In this document: one piece after another, positions 48,290-60,780 of the stretch
How the letters are laid out: the number at the start of each line of letters is the position of its first letter
How positions within the stretch are numbered: position 1 is the stretch's first letter
DNA from: Squalus acanthias
Lineage: Eukaryota
NCBI GenBank assembly: GCA_030390025.1
Contig: CM059433.1
Location: 97,030,001 to 97,094,000 of the forward strand
Direction: 5' to 3'
Length of the DNA: 64,000 bases
Notes under the pieces: generated by a model
Database searches by the model: none
What the model was told of the DNA's origin: nothing
Seen by the model: only the letters and a program-made list of their open reading frames with translations
Made by a program: the position numbers and the translations under genes

Positions 48290-48465
48290 TGGTCTCTGCT
48301 TCAATAATTACTTGTGATAAAGCATTCCATGCTCTAATAACTTCAGTGTGAAAAAAAATCTTCGAATTTCTTCCTTTGTTTTTCCAGTGATAATCCCTAA
48401 AACTATGCCCATTTTACCAATGCAGCAACCACTGGAAATAATCTTTCACTATTTACTGTCTTAAG
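48290..48465 (-). mobile_element. Degraded CR1 3' fragment
   Basis: agcattccatgctctaataac..gtgtgaaaaaaaatcttc (reverse of decayed FFT.RVIRAWNAL). Confidence 0.55.
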
Positions 48466-48482
48466 ACTGATATTACAGAGTA

Positions 48483-51400
48483 GGTAGCATAGTGGTTATG
48501 TTACTGGACTAGTAATCCAGAGGCCTGGACTAATGATCCGGAGACATGAGTTCAAATCCCATCACGGCAGCTAGGGAATTTAAATTCAGTTAATTAAATA
48601 AATCTGGAATAAAAAGCTAGTATCAGTAATGGTGACCATGAAACTATCTGATTGTCATAAAAACCCATCTGGTTCACAAATGTCCTTTAGGAAAGGAATT
48701 CTGCAGTCCTTACCTGGTCTGGCCTATATGTGACTCCAGACCCACAGCAATGTGGTTGACTCTTAACTGCCCTCCTGAAATGGCCTAGCAAGTCACTCAG
48801 TTGTAAAAGAAACGCTACAAAAAACAATAAGAATAAAACCAGACGGACCACCCGGCATCGACCTCAGCAACGGCTACGGCACACCCAGCCCAGTCGACCC
48901 TGCCAAGTCCTCCTCACCAACATCTGGGGACTTGTGCCAAAATTGGGAGAGCTGTCAAGCAACAGCCTGATATAGTCATACTCACAGAATCATACCTTTC
49001 AGCCAATGTCCCAGACCCCTCCATCACCATCCCATGGTATGTCCTGTCCCACCAGCAGGACAGACCGACCAGGGGTGGTGGCACAGCGGTGTACAGTTGG
49101 GAAGGAGTGTCCCTGGGAGTCCTCAACATTGACTTTGGACCCCATGAAGTTTCATGACTTCAGGTCAAGCATGGGCAAGGAAACCTCCTGCTGATTACCA
49201 CCTACCGCCCTCCCTCAGCTGGTGAATCAGTACTGCTCCATGTTGAACATCACTTGGAAGAAGCACTGAGAGTAGCAAGGGCACAGAATGTACTCTGGGT
49301 GGGGGATTTCAATGTCCATCACCAAGAGTGGCTCGGTGGCACCACTACTGACTGAGCTGGCCGAGCCCTGAAGGACATAGCTGCCAGTCTGGGCCTTCGA
49401 CAGGTGGTGAGAGACCCAACAAGAGGGAAAAACCAACTTGAACTCGTTCTCACCAATCTACCTGTTGCAGATGCATCTGTGCATTGGTAGCAGTGACCAC
49501 CGCACAGTCCTTGTGGAGACGAAGTCCTGTCTTCACACTGAGGACACCCTCCATTGTGTTGTGTGGCACTACCACAGTGCTAAATGGGATAGATTCAGAA
49601 CAGATCTAGAAGCTCAAAACTGGGCATCCATGAGTCTCAGTGGGGCAGCAGCAGAATTGTATTCCACCACAATCTGTAACCTCATGGCCTGGCATATCAC
49701 TCACTCTACCATTACCATCAAGCCAGGGGACCAACCCTGGTTCAATAAGGAGCAGCACTAGGCGAACCTAAAAATGCAGTGCCAACCTGGGGAAGCTGCA
49801 ACACAGGACTACATGCATGCTAAATAGTGGAAGCAGCATGCTATAGACAGAGCTAAGCGATCCCACAATCAACAGATCAGATCAAAGCTCTGCAGTCCTG
49901 CCACATCCAGTCGTGAATGGTGGTGGACCATTAAACAACTAAAGTGAGGAGGAGGCTCCATGAATATCCCCATCCTCAATGATGGTGGAGCCCAGCACGT
50001 GAGAGCAAAAGACAAAGCTGAAGCTTTTGCAACCATCTTCAGCCAGAAGTTCTGAGTGGATGATCCATATCGGCCTCCTCCTGAGGTTCCCAGCACCACA
50101 GAAGCCAGTCTTCAGCCAATTCGATTCACTCCATGTGATATCAAGAAATGACTAAGCACACTGGATACAGCAAAGGCTGTACGCCCCGACAACATCTCAG
50201 CTGTCGTGCTGAAGACTTGTGCTCCAGAACTAGCCATGCCTCTAGCCAAGCTGTTCCAGTACAGCTATACACTGACATCTATCCGTCAATGTGGAAAACT
50301 GCCCAGGTATGTCCTGTCCACAAAAAGCAGGACAAATCCAATCCAACTAATTACCGTCCCATCAGTCTACTCTCAATCATCAGCCAAGTGATGGAAGGTG
50401 TCTTCAACAGTGCTATCAAGCAGCACTTACTCACCAATAACCTGCTCACTGATGTCCAGTTTGGGTTCCGCCAGGATCACTCGGCTCTAGGCCTCATTGG
50501 AGCCTTGGTCGAAACATGGACAAAAGAGCTAAATTCCAGAGGTGAGGTGAGAGTGACTGCCCTTGACATCAAGGCAGCATTTGACTGAGTGTGGCATCAA
50601 GGAGCCCTAGTAAAAGTGAAGTCAATGGGAATTGGGGGGAAAACTATCCACTGGCTGGAGTCATACCTAGCACAAAGGAAGATGGTTGTGGTATTGGAGC
50701 CCCAGGACATCGCTGCAGGAGTCCCTCAGGGCAGTGTCCTAGGCCCAACCATCTTCAGCTGCTTCATCAATGACCTTCCCTCCATCATAAGGTCAGAAGT
50801 GGGGATGTTCGCTGATGCCTACACAGTGTTCAGTGCCATTTGCAACTCTTCAGATAATGAAGCAGCCCATGCCCGCATGCAGGAAGACCCGGACGACATT
50901 CAGACTTGGGTTGATAAGTGGCAGGTAACATTCGCGCCACACAAGTGCCAGGCAATGACTATCTCCAACAAGCGAGCGTCTAACCACCGCCCCTTGACAT
51001 TCAACGGCATTACCATCACCAAATCCCCCACCATCAATATCCTGGGGGTCATCATTGACCAGAAACATAACTAGACCAGCCACATAAATACTGTGGCACC
51101 AAGAGCAGGTTGGAGGCTGGGTATTCTGTGGTGAGTGTCTCACCTCCTGACTCCCCAAAACCTTTCCACCATCTACAAGGCACAAGTCAGGGTTTTTTAA
51201 AAATTTGTTTATGGGATCAGGACGTCGCTGGCAATGCCAGCATTTATTGCCCGTCCCTAGTTGCCCTTGAGAAGGTGGTGGTGAGCTGCCTTCTTGAACC
51301 GCTGCAGTCTGTGTGGTGATGGTACTCCCACAGTGCTGTTAGGTAGGGAGTTACAGGATTTTGACCCAGCGACGATGAAGGATCGGCGATATACTTCTAA

Positions 51401-52827
51401 GTCAGGATGGTGTATGACTTGGAGGGGAACTTGGAGGTGGTGGTGTTCCCATGCGCCTGCTGCCCTTGTCCTTCTAGGTGTAAGAGGTCGCGGGTTTGGG
51501 AGGTGCTGCCGAAGAAGCCTTGGCGAGTTGCTGCAGTGCATCGTGTAGATGGTACACACTGCAGCCACGGTACGCCGGTGGTGGAGGGAGTGAATGTTTA
51601 AAGTGGTGGATGGGGTGCCAATCAAGTGGGCTGCTTTGTCCTGGATGGTGTCGAGCTTCTTGAGTGTTGTTGGAGCAGCACTCATCCAGGCAAGTGGAGA
51701 GTATTCCATCACACTCCTTACTTGTGCCTTGTAGATGGTGGAAAGGCTTTGGGGAGTCAGGAGGTGAGACACTCGCCGCAGAATACCTAGCCTCTGACCT
51801 GCTCTGTTGCCTCAGTATTTATGTGGCTGGTCCAGTTAAGTTTCTGGTTAATGGTGACCCCCAGGATGTTGATAGTGGGGGATTCGGCGATGGTAATGCC
51901 ATTGAATGTCAAGGGGCGGTGGTTAGACTCTCGCTTGTTGGAGATAGTCATTGCCTGGCACTTCTGTGGCGCGAATGTTACCTGCCACTTATCAGCCCAA
52001 GCCTGAACATTGTCCAGGTCTTGGTGCATGCGGGCATGGACTGCTTCATTATCTGTGGAGTTGTGAATGGAGCTGAACACAGTGCAGTCATCAGCGAACA
52101 TCCCCATTTCTGACCTTATGTTGGAGGGAAGGTCATTGATGAAACAGCTGAAGATGGTTGGGCCTAGGACACTGTCCTGAGGAACTCCTGCAGCGATGTC
52201 CTGGGGCTGTGATGATTGAACTTCAACCACCACAGCCATCTTCCTTTGTGCTAGGTATGACTCCAGCCAGTCGAGCGTTTTCCCCCTGATTCCCATTGAC
52301 TTCAGGAGTGTGTTGGATTACTCTCCACTTGCCTGGATGAGTGCAGCTTCAACAACACTCAAGAAGCTCGACACCATCCAAGCAAAGCAGCCCGCTTGAT
52401 TGGCACCTCATCCACCACCTTAAACATTCACTCCCTCCACCACCGGCGTACCATGGCTGCAGTGTGTACCATCTACAAGATGCACTGCAACAACTCACCA
52501 AGGCTTCTTCGGCAGCACCTCCCAAACCCGCGACCTCTACCACCTAGAAGGACAAGGGCAGCAGGCGCATGGGAACACCACCACCTCCAAGTTCCCCTCC
52601 AAGTTGCTCATCATCCTGACTTGGAAATATATTGCTGTTCCTTCATCGTCGCTGGGTCAAAATCCTGGAACTCCCTCCCTAACAGCACTGCTGGAGTACC
52701 TTCACCACACGGACTGCAGCGGTTCAAGAAGGCAGCTCACCACCACCTTCTCAAGGGCAACTAGGGATGGGCAATAAATGCTGGCGTTGCCAGTGATGCC
52801 CACATCCCATGAACGGATAAAAAAAAA
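48483..52827 (+). mobile_element. Near full-length decayed non-LTR retrotransposon (CR1/L2 group; APE endonuclease plus RT) with tRNA-like 5' head, split at 51191/52302
   Basis: NIWGL, QPDIVILTESYL, TYRPP, GDFN, SDH; NYRPISLLS, QFGFR, LDIKAAFD, GVPQGSVLGP, MFAD; ends HHHLLKGN*, gggcaataaatgctggc and A-tail; stops and frameshifts present. Confidence 0.93.
51192..52301 (-). mobile_element. 5'-truncated copy of the same LINE family inserted antisense into the host LINE
   Basis: ORFs 51787-52296(-) and 51257-51772(-) parallel host ORFs 50589-51074 and 52396-52764; TSD TCAGG at 51187-51191 and 52302-52306. Confidence 0.93.
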
Positions 52828-53230
52828 GGTTCCACGGTTTCCAAGCAATAGATAAACAACTGTGTGTATGTGGTAGTTTGAAAGTCACGTTTCACCACTT
52901 TGTTCTGGGCACTGGATCTTCCCCTGGGGCTGGGGAAGTGAGAGGTCCATACACATCAGCAATGGGGAAACTCCATGTCAGATAGACTGAGCCTTCAGTC
53001 TGTGCACAGCTTTAGGAAATGGTAACTACCCTGTACCCAGAGGCAATGTTTATATTTGCTATTGAGGTGTTGGTGCCTCTGAGGTGATGTTGAAACCAAC
53101 CTTTCAAATGGATCTCGATGCCTCTACAAGCACCTGCAGCACTTCAATTACTTCATAGCTCTACTGCAAAAGTTGGCACTGCTGGTATGACAGCACTATA
53201 GGGTAAACGGGATCTAAACATTTCTCAGGA

Positions 53231-53541
53231 GGGCAACACGGTGGCATAGTGGTTAGCACTGTTGCCTCACAGCGCCAGGGACCCGGGTTCGAATCCGGCC
53301 TTGGGTGACTGTCTGTGTGGAGTTTGCACATTCTCCCCGTGTCTGCGTGTGTTTCCTCTGGGTGCTCCGGTTTCCTCCCACAGTCCAAAGATATGTGGGT
53401 TAGGTTGATTTGGCTATGATAAATTGACCCTTAGTGTTAGGGGGATTAAATACGTGGGGTTACAGGGATAGGGTGGGCTATGTGTCGGTGCAGGCTCGAT
53501 GGGCCGAAATGGCCTCTATCTGCACTGTGGGGATTCTGTGA
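53231..53541 (+). mobile_element. Full-length single-tailed HE1-like V-SINE
   Basis: A box TGGCATAGTGG 53242, B box GGTTCGAATCC 53286, V-domain, tail gtcggtgcaggctcgatgggccgaaatggcctctatctgcactgtggggattctgtga. Confidence 0.92.
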
Positions 53542-56500
53542 AGCGCTTCTATCACTCTGGTTGAGGGTAGTACTACTATGAGATCAGACAATGAGGTAAA
53601 TGTGTAGCTTTCTTCCACAGTTTGGATCTTAGAAGCTGAGGTTGTGCAGCAGAGCAGAATGCAGGGAAGAAACTGGCTTTTGACTGCTTGCAGAGATTAC
53701 ATCTGGTACCACCATTAGTGTGACTGTGTCACAGGCACGTTTTGGATTATATTTGATTGCTAATGAATTTGGTAGCTTTTAGTGTCTAATTACGATGTAT
53801 CACCTGGAAGTGGTTCATTTAAAACATGAACCACTGACTGGGAACCACTAGGCACAGGCCACATGACATTGAATAAATAGGCATCTCTCTACTGGCTGAT
53901 CTTGAAGTGCCACTTGGGGTAGCAGATTGTGGATAAGCTGACAGTTTGGATAGCTCTGCCCTCTCGTTTGGAGGAAATATGAAATCTCTTGGGCCCCAAA
54001 AATAAGAGGGAGTGGAAAGGAAAATACTTACAAGAAAAAGATATACAGGTCCATTGGTTCAGCACATGTTGGTGTACACATTGTACCATGAAATGACAGG
54101 ATGTTGGTTTGTGCCCACGATTCCCCACATGGTATGTTTCTGATCTCAGCTGGGCTGTTAGGGCAAGGTGCCAAGTGCAGGATAACCGGTTCCCCACAGG
54201 GAGGGAAAAAAAATCGGCGGCCAATTTACCCCACACCACTCTCGCACAGCAGTCAATTAAAGAGCAGCCTTATAGCAGGTAGCCTGTCTATTCTTTCAGG
54301 CAGGGAATCATGCGTGGTGTTGGGGAAAGAAAACAACAGAAAGAGAAGATAAAAGCAAAATATTTGAGAAAAGCAGAAATCACAAGGCCGAAACGAAAAG
54401 GGATATGTATAAAAAGACACTAAACACACGCAAAAAAATAGTTACAAGGACAGCAGCACCAAATGCCTGTCACAGCTGGTTAACAAACTGGACTTTGTGG
54501 ATTAAGACAAATGAATGTTTTCTATGTGGAGCTATTATAGGGAATTAGGAAGCTACTGTGTGGATTGCAAATAACTTCAGTGCAGTCTGGCTCTGCTCCA
54601 GTGAAAAATAATAGCCAGTTCCAGCTGCATTTATATCACAGCTTTAAATTCTGATTCATTCCAAATCTGCAACTGTTCCAAATCAAAACACAAATGTCTA
54701 AACTTTGCAAATTACTTTACTTTGATGTCAGCTTGGATTTAAACCCTACTACTTGACAGATTAAAATCAGCTCTGATGTAAATGGGTTTAACTCTGGCGG
54801 CTGTTAACAGTCTGATCTGAGTTGTTGCTCACCTATTCCCAGCAGCAAGTCCTGGCACACGTTTCGGATTTGACATCTGATATCCTCCATCGTGTGTCCT
54901 TATTTAAGGCAAAGGTAATTTCAACAGTTTGGCATTATTAGATTCAATTGAGACGACTATATTCAAAACTGGATCCAATTGAAATCGTAAATAGTGTATA
55001 AGGACACTAACTACAGCAGAGAAAGAGGCAGAATCCAGATCTGAATCAAGGATGCAGTACAAATTGAGAATTCTGAGTGGCTTAGGGGTGCCACCGCACA
55101 ACGATCATCAGCTCTGGAGTCCACAGTCTGCTGTTTGATGGTGGTCTGCTGGAGAAAATCAGAACCAGACTACAGAATGCTCATTTCTGTATAAAAGGAG
55201 AAAAGGAAAGATCAGAAGAGATGAAATCAAAACTGTGATCTCGAGCATTCCCCCGCCCTTAGGTGGTTAATGATTTTGACTATGGTTAGTGAAAAAAGTT
55301 GGGCAGACACAGAGGACCACTAACAAGGAAATAAATCCAGATTCTGTTTTACACAGAATAAGGTTCAAACGCTTAGTACTTTAATAGAGAAAAGAATCCA
55401 AAACTATACTTAACAGAGTTAACACACTCTCAAGGTTGAAGAGTTTTGTTGGAGTATGATCAACAAAGCTTAACTCTGCATTGCCCTCCTTTTCTATCTG
55501 AATTAGTAGTGTTCAATGCTTACACTGGATGCAAAAAATGAAAACGTGTTCTATCATCCAACGTGCTCATCCCTCAACTCAACAAACACAAAGTAAACAC
55601 TTGCTTTGTTTAACTTGCTGGGATACCATTCTGAGACAAATGGCAGCAGCATTATTCAATCTTTACTTATTGCAAAGGAAAACGAAAACCAACAACCCAA
55701 AAGAACCTGGATGAATGTATTTTAAATCCTTTACTGCAAATGTGTGAGAGGTGAGAGCCATCGCTGCTAATGATACTGGCACACCTAGAAGCCACTGTAT
55801 ATTCTCCACTGTTTTCCATACCAGTTTAAAGGAGCCTTGCCTTTGTTACAGGGAGATGAAGCCCCAAAACACTCATGCCATTTTCATCTCAGTATTGTGA
55901 TGAGTGACTGGCATGATGATAGTTTTATGACACATCGTTTGATGCAAAATAAATATGACAAACAAATGAAGAAAATCGCTCACTATTAGAACTGCCACAG
56001 TTACTTTGTGGAATATTTTTGCCACCCTAGAAAGAAGCAACTGAACTGAAATATGTTTAAATCTATTTATGAGAATCTGTTGGTAGATATGGTTGGTGAA
56101 GAAACAAACAGCTGCAATCCCTAGAATGGTAGGGATTACCCCATAACATGTATTGCGTTTGTGTACTCAGGTACAGAGAGGTACAAAGGCCAGAAAGGTT
56201 GTAAAAATTCATAGAATTGAGCTGGTACACTAGGCAAGGTGATGTGTTCACCTGAGCTTGTCCTTCTCTCACGGTGCTGGATGTAGGCACCCTGCTGTGT
56301 TAATGCCTGCTTTGAAACAATAAGTGTTCATTGTAGTCTTATCACAGCAGCACTCCAGTGAAAAATAACAGAAAAGGACCCAATTGTTTTTAAGAATCAG
56401 GACCATGTGGATTTAGATTAGCATACTCAGTAAATTTGTGGTAGAAAAAATTCCAGATCCTGCTTTACACAGAATAAGGTTCAAACACTTATTGTGCTTT

Positions 56501-57633
56501 AATATAGAAAAAAATCCAAAGCCTATATTTGACAGAGTTAACATACTTTCAACAAGATTTGCAAGCAAAATATCCAAAGCCTGTACATTAAATAGTGTCA
56601 AAATCTGACACACTCGTACTATATCACCTCCCAGCAATTCCATTACTGTAACATCATTGGCTAAAAAACACAAAACTTGAAATATTTTCATGTTACCATT
56701 TCTGGTAAAAGCAGAAGGTACCAAACATTATTTGTTTTCTTTTATCTTGAATTAAAGTTAAATGCTTGAGTGGTTAACATGATTCATTACTAATCAATAA
56801 CTTTTGGCAAGTCCTCCATTCACTGGAGGCCAGTCAGAGGACCGGCGCATGCGAGAGTATTATTGTACATTTGGGCTAAAGTGAACAGCAGTCAGTTAAA
56901 AATTATTTTTGAGGAGAAATGTTGTGATTTGGTATATGAAGGCTTAAACAACAATAACATTGTGCTTGAGGTATCTTTTAGCATCCAAAAATTCTTTTGA
57001 AATCCTCCTATAAAAGTTCTCTGTAGAAAGTCTTGACAATACATGGCGTGTAAGAGACTATGCATATATTACATGCATATTTGCATATGTCTGAATATAT
57101 TATACCTCTGGCCTGACATATAAAACACAAGTACCTGAAGAGCTGTCATTCTTTAGTAGCTTTCATTGTCTGCTGACACCACAAAGCATGGGACTGTTAA
57201 AAAAATGTTTCTTATTTTTAAAGCAAAGCTGAACAAGGAAACTAGTAAAACTATTTTGTATGTGAGAGAGATCATTCTGCATGTCTAAATTTAATTTACA
57301 GTAACTCTTGTGCTAACTCCCTCACTCTGTGTGTGTTTGTACATGTGTGAGTCTTGTGTATCTATGTTGTTGCATACCTCACACTCTTCCCTCTCTTTTT
57401 TCCCCCAAACTCAAATAAATGTTCGATGATCATTGACATCATACAAATGAGCCTTCTTTACAGGAACCTCTTTGGGAAAAAAAGCAAGTCCCAATTGGAG
57501 TTTCCATCTATAGTAAATAAGCATAATGTTTAGGGTGCAGAAAAGAACTGAAGTTTACAGTAATGTTACTTTTGTAACTCCTGGTTCAATAGAGTGCCAT
57601 AATAGATTGAGTACTAGATGCAATATTTGTACA

Positions 57634-57945
57634 TAACAACAACTTGCATTTATATAACTCCTTTAACATAGAGAAACTTCCCAAGGTACTTCACAGAAGA
57701 GAAAAGGAAAAGGTGCCAAACATTTGTGGGATGTTTAGAAGAGGTGGCTGAACGTATGATTGAAATGATAGGTTTTGAGAAGGGGGAAAGGGAGGTAGCG
57801 AGGGAAAGAGACAGAGAGATTTGGGGAGGCAGTTGAAAGAGTAGAGCTGAGGCCACTGAACAGTCTGCCACTAAAGATGGAGCAGAAGGAAGGTGAGGTG
57901 CACAGGAGGCTAGAGTCAGAGCACTGGAGGATGTGGGACATTTGA
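57634..57945 (-). mobile_element. L2-type LINE 3' fragment
   Basis: aacaacaacttgcatttatata...cccaaggtacttcacag; end shared with the Deu-SINE tail at 36885. Confidence 0.6.
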
Positions 57946-60399
57946 GCTAGTATGAAAAGCTGTCATTTTTTACAATACCATTCTCACCACTGCTTGTTAA
58001 CTGGCATCTATGGGATTAGTCTTCTGTAAATGCACTCGACAATCAAAGAGAAATTATTGGCCTCTGATATAGCAAAGCACAATCTGCGAGTGAACACAAA
58101 ATCATCTGAATTTTCAAGTTATAATTATGAAAAAATTATATATTTGATTACAGACCTTGTATGTATTCGAATACTCTTAACTTTTTGGCTTTGCACATTA
58201 TAATGTACCTGCAGACACTACTGTAACCCTTTTGGACAATAGTTTGTTGCTACAACTCTGTAGTTACAGTTAAATAACATAACACATCCAACTAGTCAGG
58301 GTTGAATAATACAGGTTGTAAGGTTAGACCAGTTATATAGTCACCTTCATGACAATCAAAAACAGTGTTGGGTGGATATTGATACAAAAATGACAATAAA
58401 ACGCAGGAGTTAGGCTCCAATCTGACTTGCAAACTCACTAAAGCTAAATGGAGTCACTTCTCCTTCAGGAGGCCAAGTCATGCTATTTGAGCTTTGTATT
58501 AGGCGGAGAATGATTGAAGTCTGATGTGAAGCTAGGCTTAAAATGTGCCCTGGCAATCTGTTGGGTATCTTAAAAATTTAATATTTTTTTTACTGTTATA
58601 TGAATGCTGACAGCATCACCTCCACTCTCCTGACATTAGAAAATAACCGCCAGGGAGCAGAGCTCTGTGTGTAACAGTAAGCGTTCTCCTGGCAGGCAGA
58701 ATGTGAAGTGCAACTCATAGTATAGCTTAGGTCTTGCCAGCCACATGTAACGCTCCACAGGTACCTCACTCAGGCTGAGAGTGTTGTATAAATGCAGCCT
58801 TTCATTCATATCCTGGAGTTTTGGCTTGATTAACTTTAAGGGTCAGGGAAAATGTTGTAGAGCTTTCTCTTGACGTTTTACTTATGGTTATTCATTTCTT
58901 TCAAGAGATTAAATAAACTAGGGAGATTCCATGACACTGTAAACTGTACACTGTCTACTGCAAAGAATTGGACCAAGTGCCAATGGAACCCTAGAACTTA
59001 TTGTTGCCAATATTTGCAGATCGAAACACAATGCATTTGTATGACATTCCTCTCTTTATTACTTAAGATTGGTGTTAATCCATATATTTTGGATTAACAT
59101 CTCTGCTAAAATAGGAGACAAATTAATGTCATATAAACAGATTGTGTGTTTGTCTGTTAATATTGGCAACAGTAATTTCTACACTACGCTTATTTCTTAT
59201 TCCACACATTCTTATTGCCATTGGAGGTCAGAAAGAAATTATGGAGAAATGTCTGAAGATATTAATAAGTGGAGTAGAATGATAGGACAGATTGCATATG
59301 GTGTATCGAAGGACTGAACTTGATGGGCTAAAATGACTTTTCATATTCCTTGTTTTTTGTGCTATTATTAATTATATTAAGATGCAAGATAGATAGATAG
59401 ATAATTAAGTACATGCATAAAAAGATGCAGTATGAAAATACTGCAGTTATGAATTTAGCATTGGATTGTCACCCACTTAAAAGACCTTTAACTCAAAAAA
59501 TGTAAACATTGTCAGGACCAGATTACATCTGCATAACTTATTAAACAGTGATGTACATATTAGAGTAGGTTTTAACTAAAGACAGACAGCTTAACTGAAA
59601 GATGAGATCATAAATCAAGTCTTTCAATTGATGCACTGTCACTTGAACACCTTAACAAAATTACCTTCTTGTGATTACATATTGAAATGTGTAGCATTTA
59701 AAAATTAAAGTTTTCCTTGACATTTCCCTAATTGGAGTCTATTTTTCACCTCTCAATCTGAAAGGATTGTCATATAAACAGAGCAGAAAGGTAAGCATCG
59801 AGTACATAGTAACGGTGCATTGAAAATGATGAATGGATGTACTGTTGACCTAGCAGCTACATTGCTGGGGCATTGTACTCCTAATATCCTGACATTGCAG
59901 TTTTGACTGATGTCTGTCCTTGATGTTCCCCTGGGTGGGTGAATATTTTGTCAGGATTCTGCCAAATCATCTCAGGAACAGAGGGAAAACTGACCAGAAA
60001 TTATCCCCTTTCTTCCTGTTCAAGTGCACCTCCCGATGGATGACCAATGGGTGATATTAATATTTTCCACCTAGATGAGAGCATGTTGATTTGTCCTATG
60101 GTCACTACCCACAATAACATAACCTCAAAACTAAATGGATACCTTGAACTGTCATTTGATATTCTGTATGTTATATAGTCCATCAATTTTACCATTACAT
60201 TGCAGGTGCTTTAGGTATGATATGATGTACATGAAAGTATAATAAAGATATATAGATGACCGTGTGGCAGGTTCTGAATATATGACACCATGTGATCCCA
60301 TATACCCAAGCTCATAGGTCACCTCACATTATTATTATTAGTTTATTTTTAACAACAATTACCAGAAAAGAAAGGTAGATAGGTAGACAGCTAGCTAAA

Positions 60400-60780
60400 T
60401 AGACAAGTAAAAGTCCTACAGAAGGGATATTGTCTTCTAATTTATGAAGTAATTTGCCCTTCATGGACCATAGTTTAAGCCACTGCTCTGCATTCTGGCA
60501 TGAAATGGGCTGCAAAATGGTCCTCCAGTGCAGCAGACAGCCAACTGCTCTTTCAGTGTAATTCCTGCCTTGGGCGCTTTGCCGGAGGGGAGGCAAGCGT
60601 GTGCTAGAACTGATCAACCTGGATCTTTCATTCTTCATTAATTTACCGTTTAACAAATCCCAGTCATTATCAGGGTAAACGGTTGACAGAGCTCAGCAAA
60701 CGGGAGCAGTTGGTGTCAGGCGTGGAGAATTGAGCTATTTGATACTGGGGCTTGTTTTATTCAACATCACTCACAGACAT
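60400..60780. promoter_or_regulatory. Candidate conserved enhancer with tandem AP-2 sites
   Basis: GCCTTGGGC 60567-60575 (GCCN3GGC) and GCCGGAGGG 60581-60589 in non-repetitive sequence with TAAT/TGACAG motifs. Confidence 0.4.

Noticed and set aside
50589-51074. RT ORFs as an active or domesticated gene
   Set aside because: Multiple stops and frameshifts; the catalytic FADD motif reads FADA in the host copy.
51192-52301. Twin-priming inversion as the explanation for the inverted LINE segment
   Set aside because: The segment duplicates rather than replaces host sequence, has its own tail and TSD, and differs from the host by indels.
53231-53300. tRNA-like sequences here and near 28310-28383 and 48483-48565
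   Set aside because: Heads of retroposons joined to SINE or LINE bodies; not stand-alone tRNA genes.
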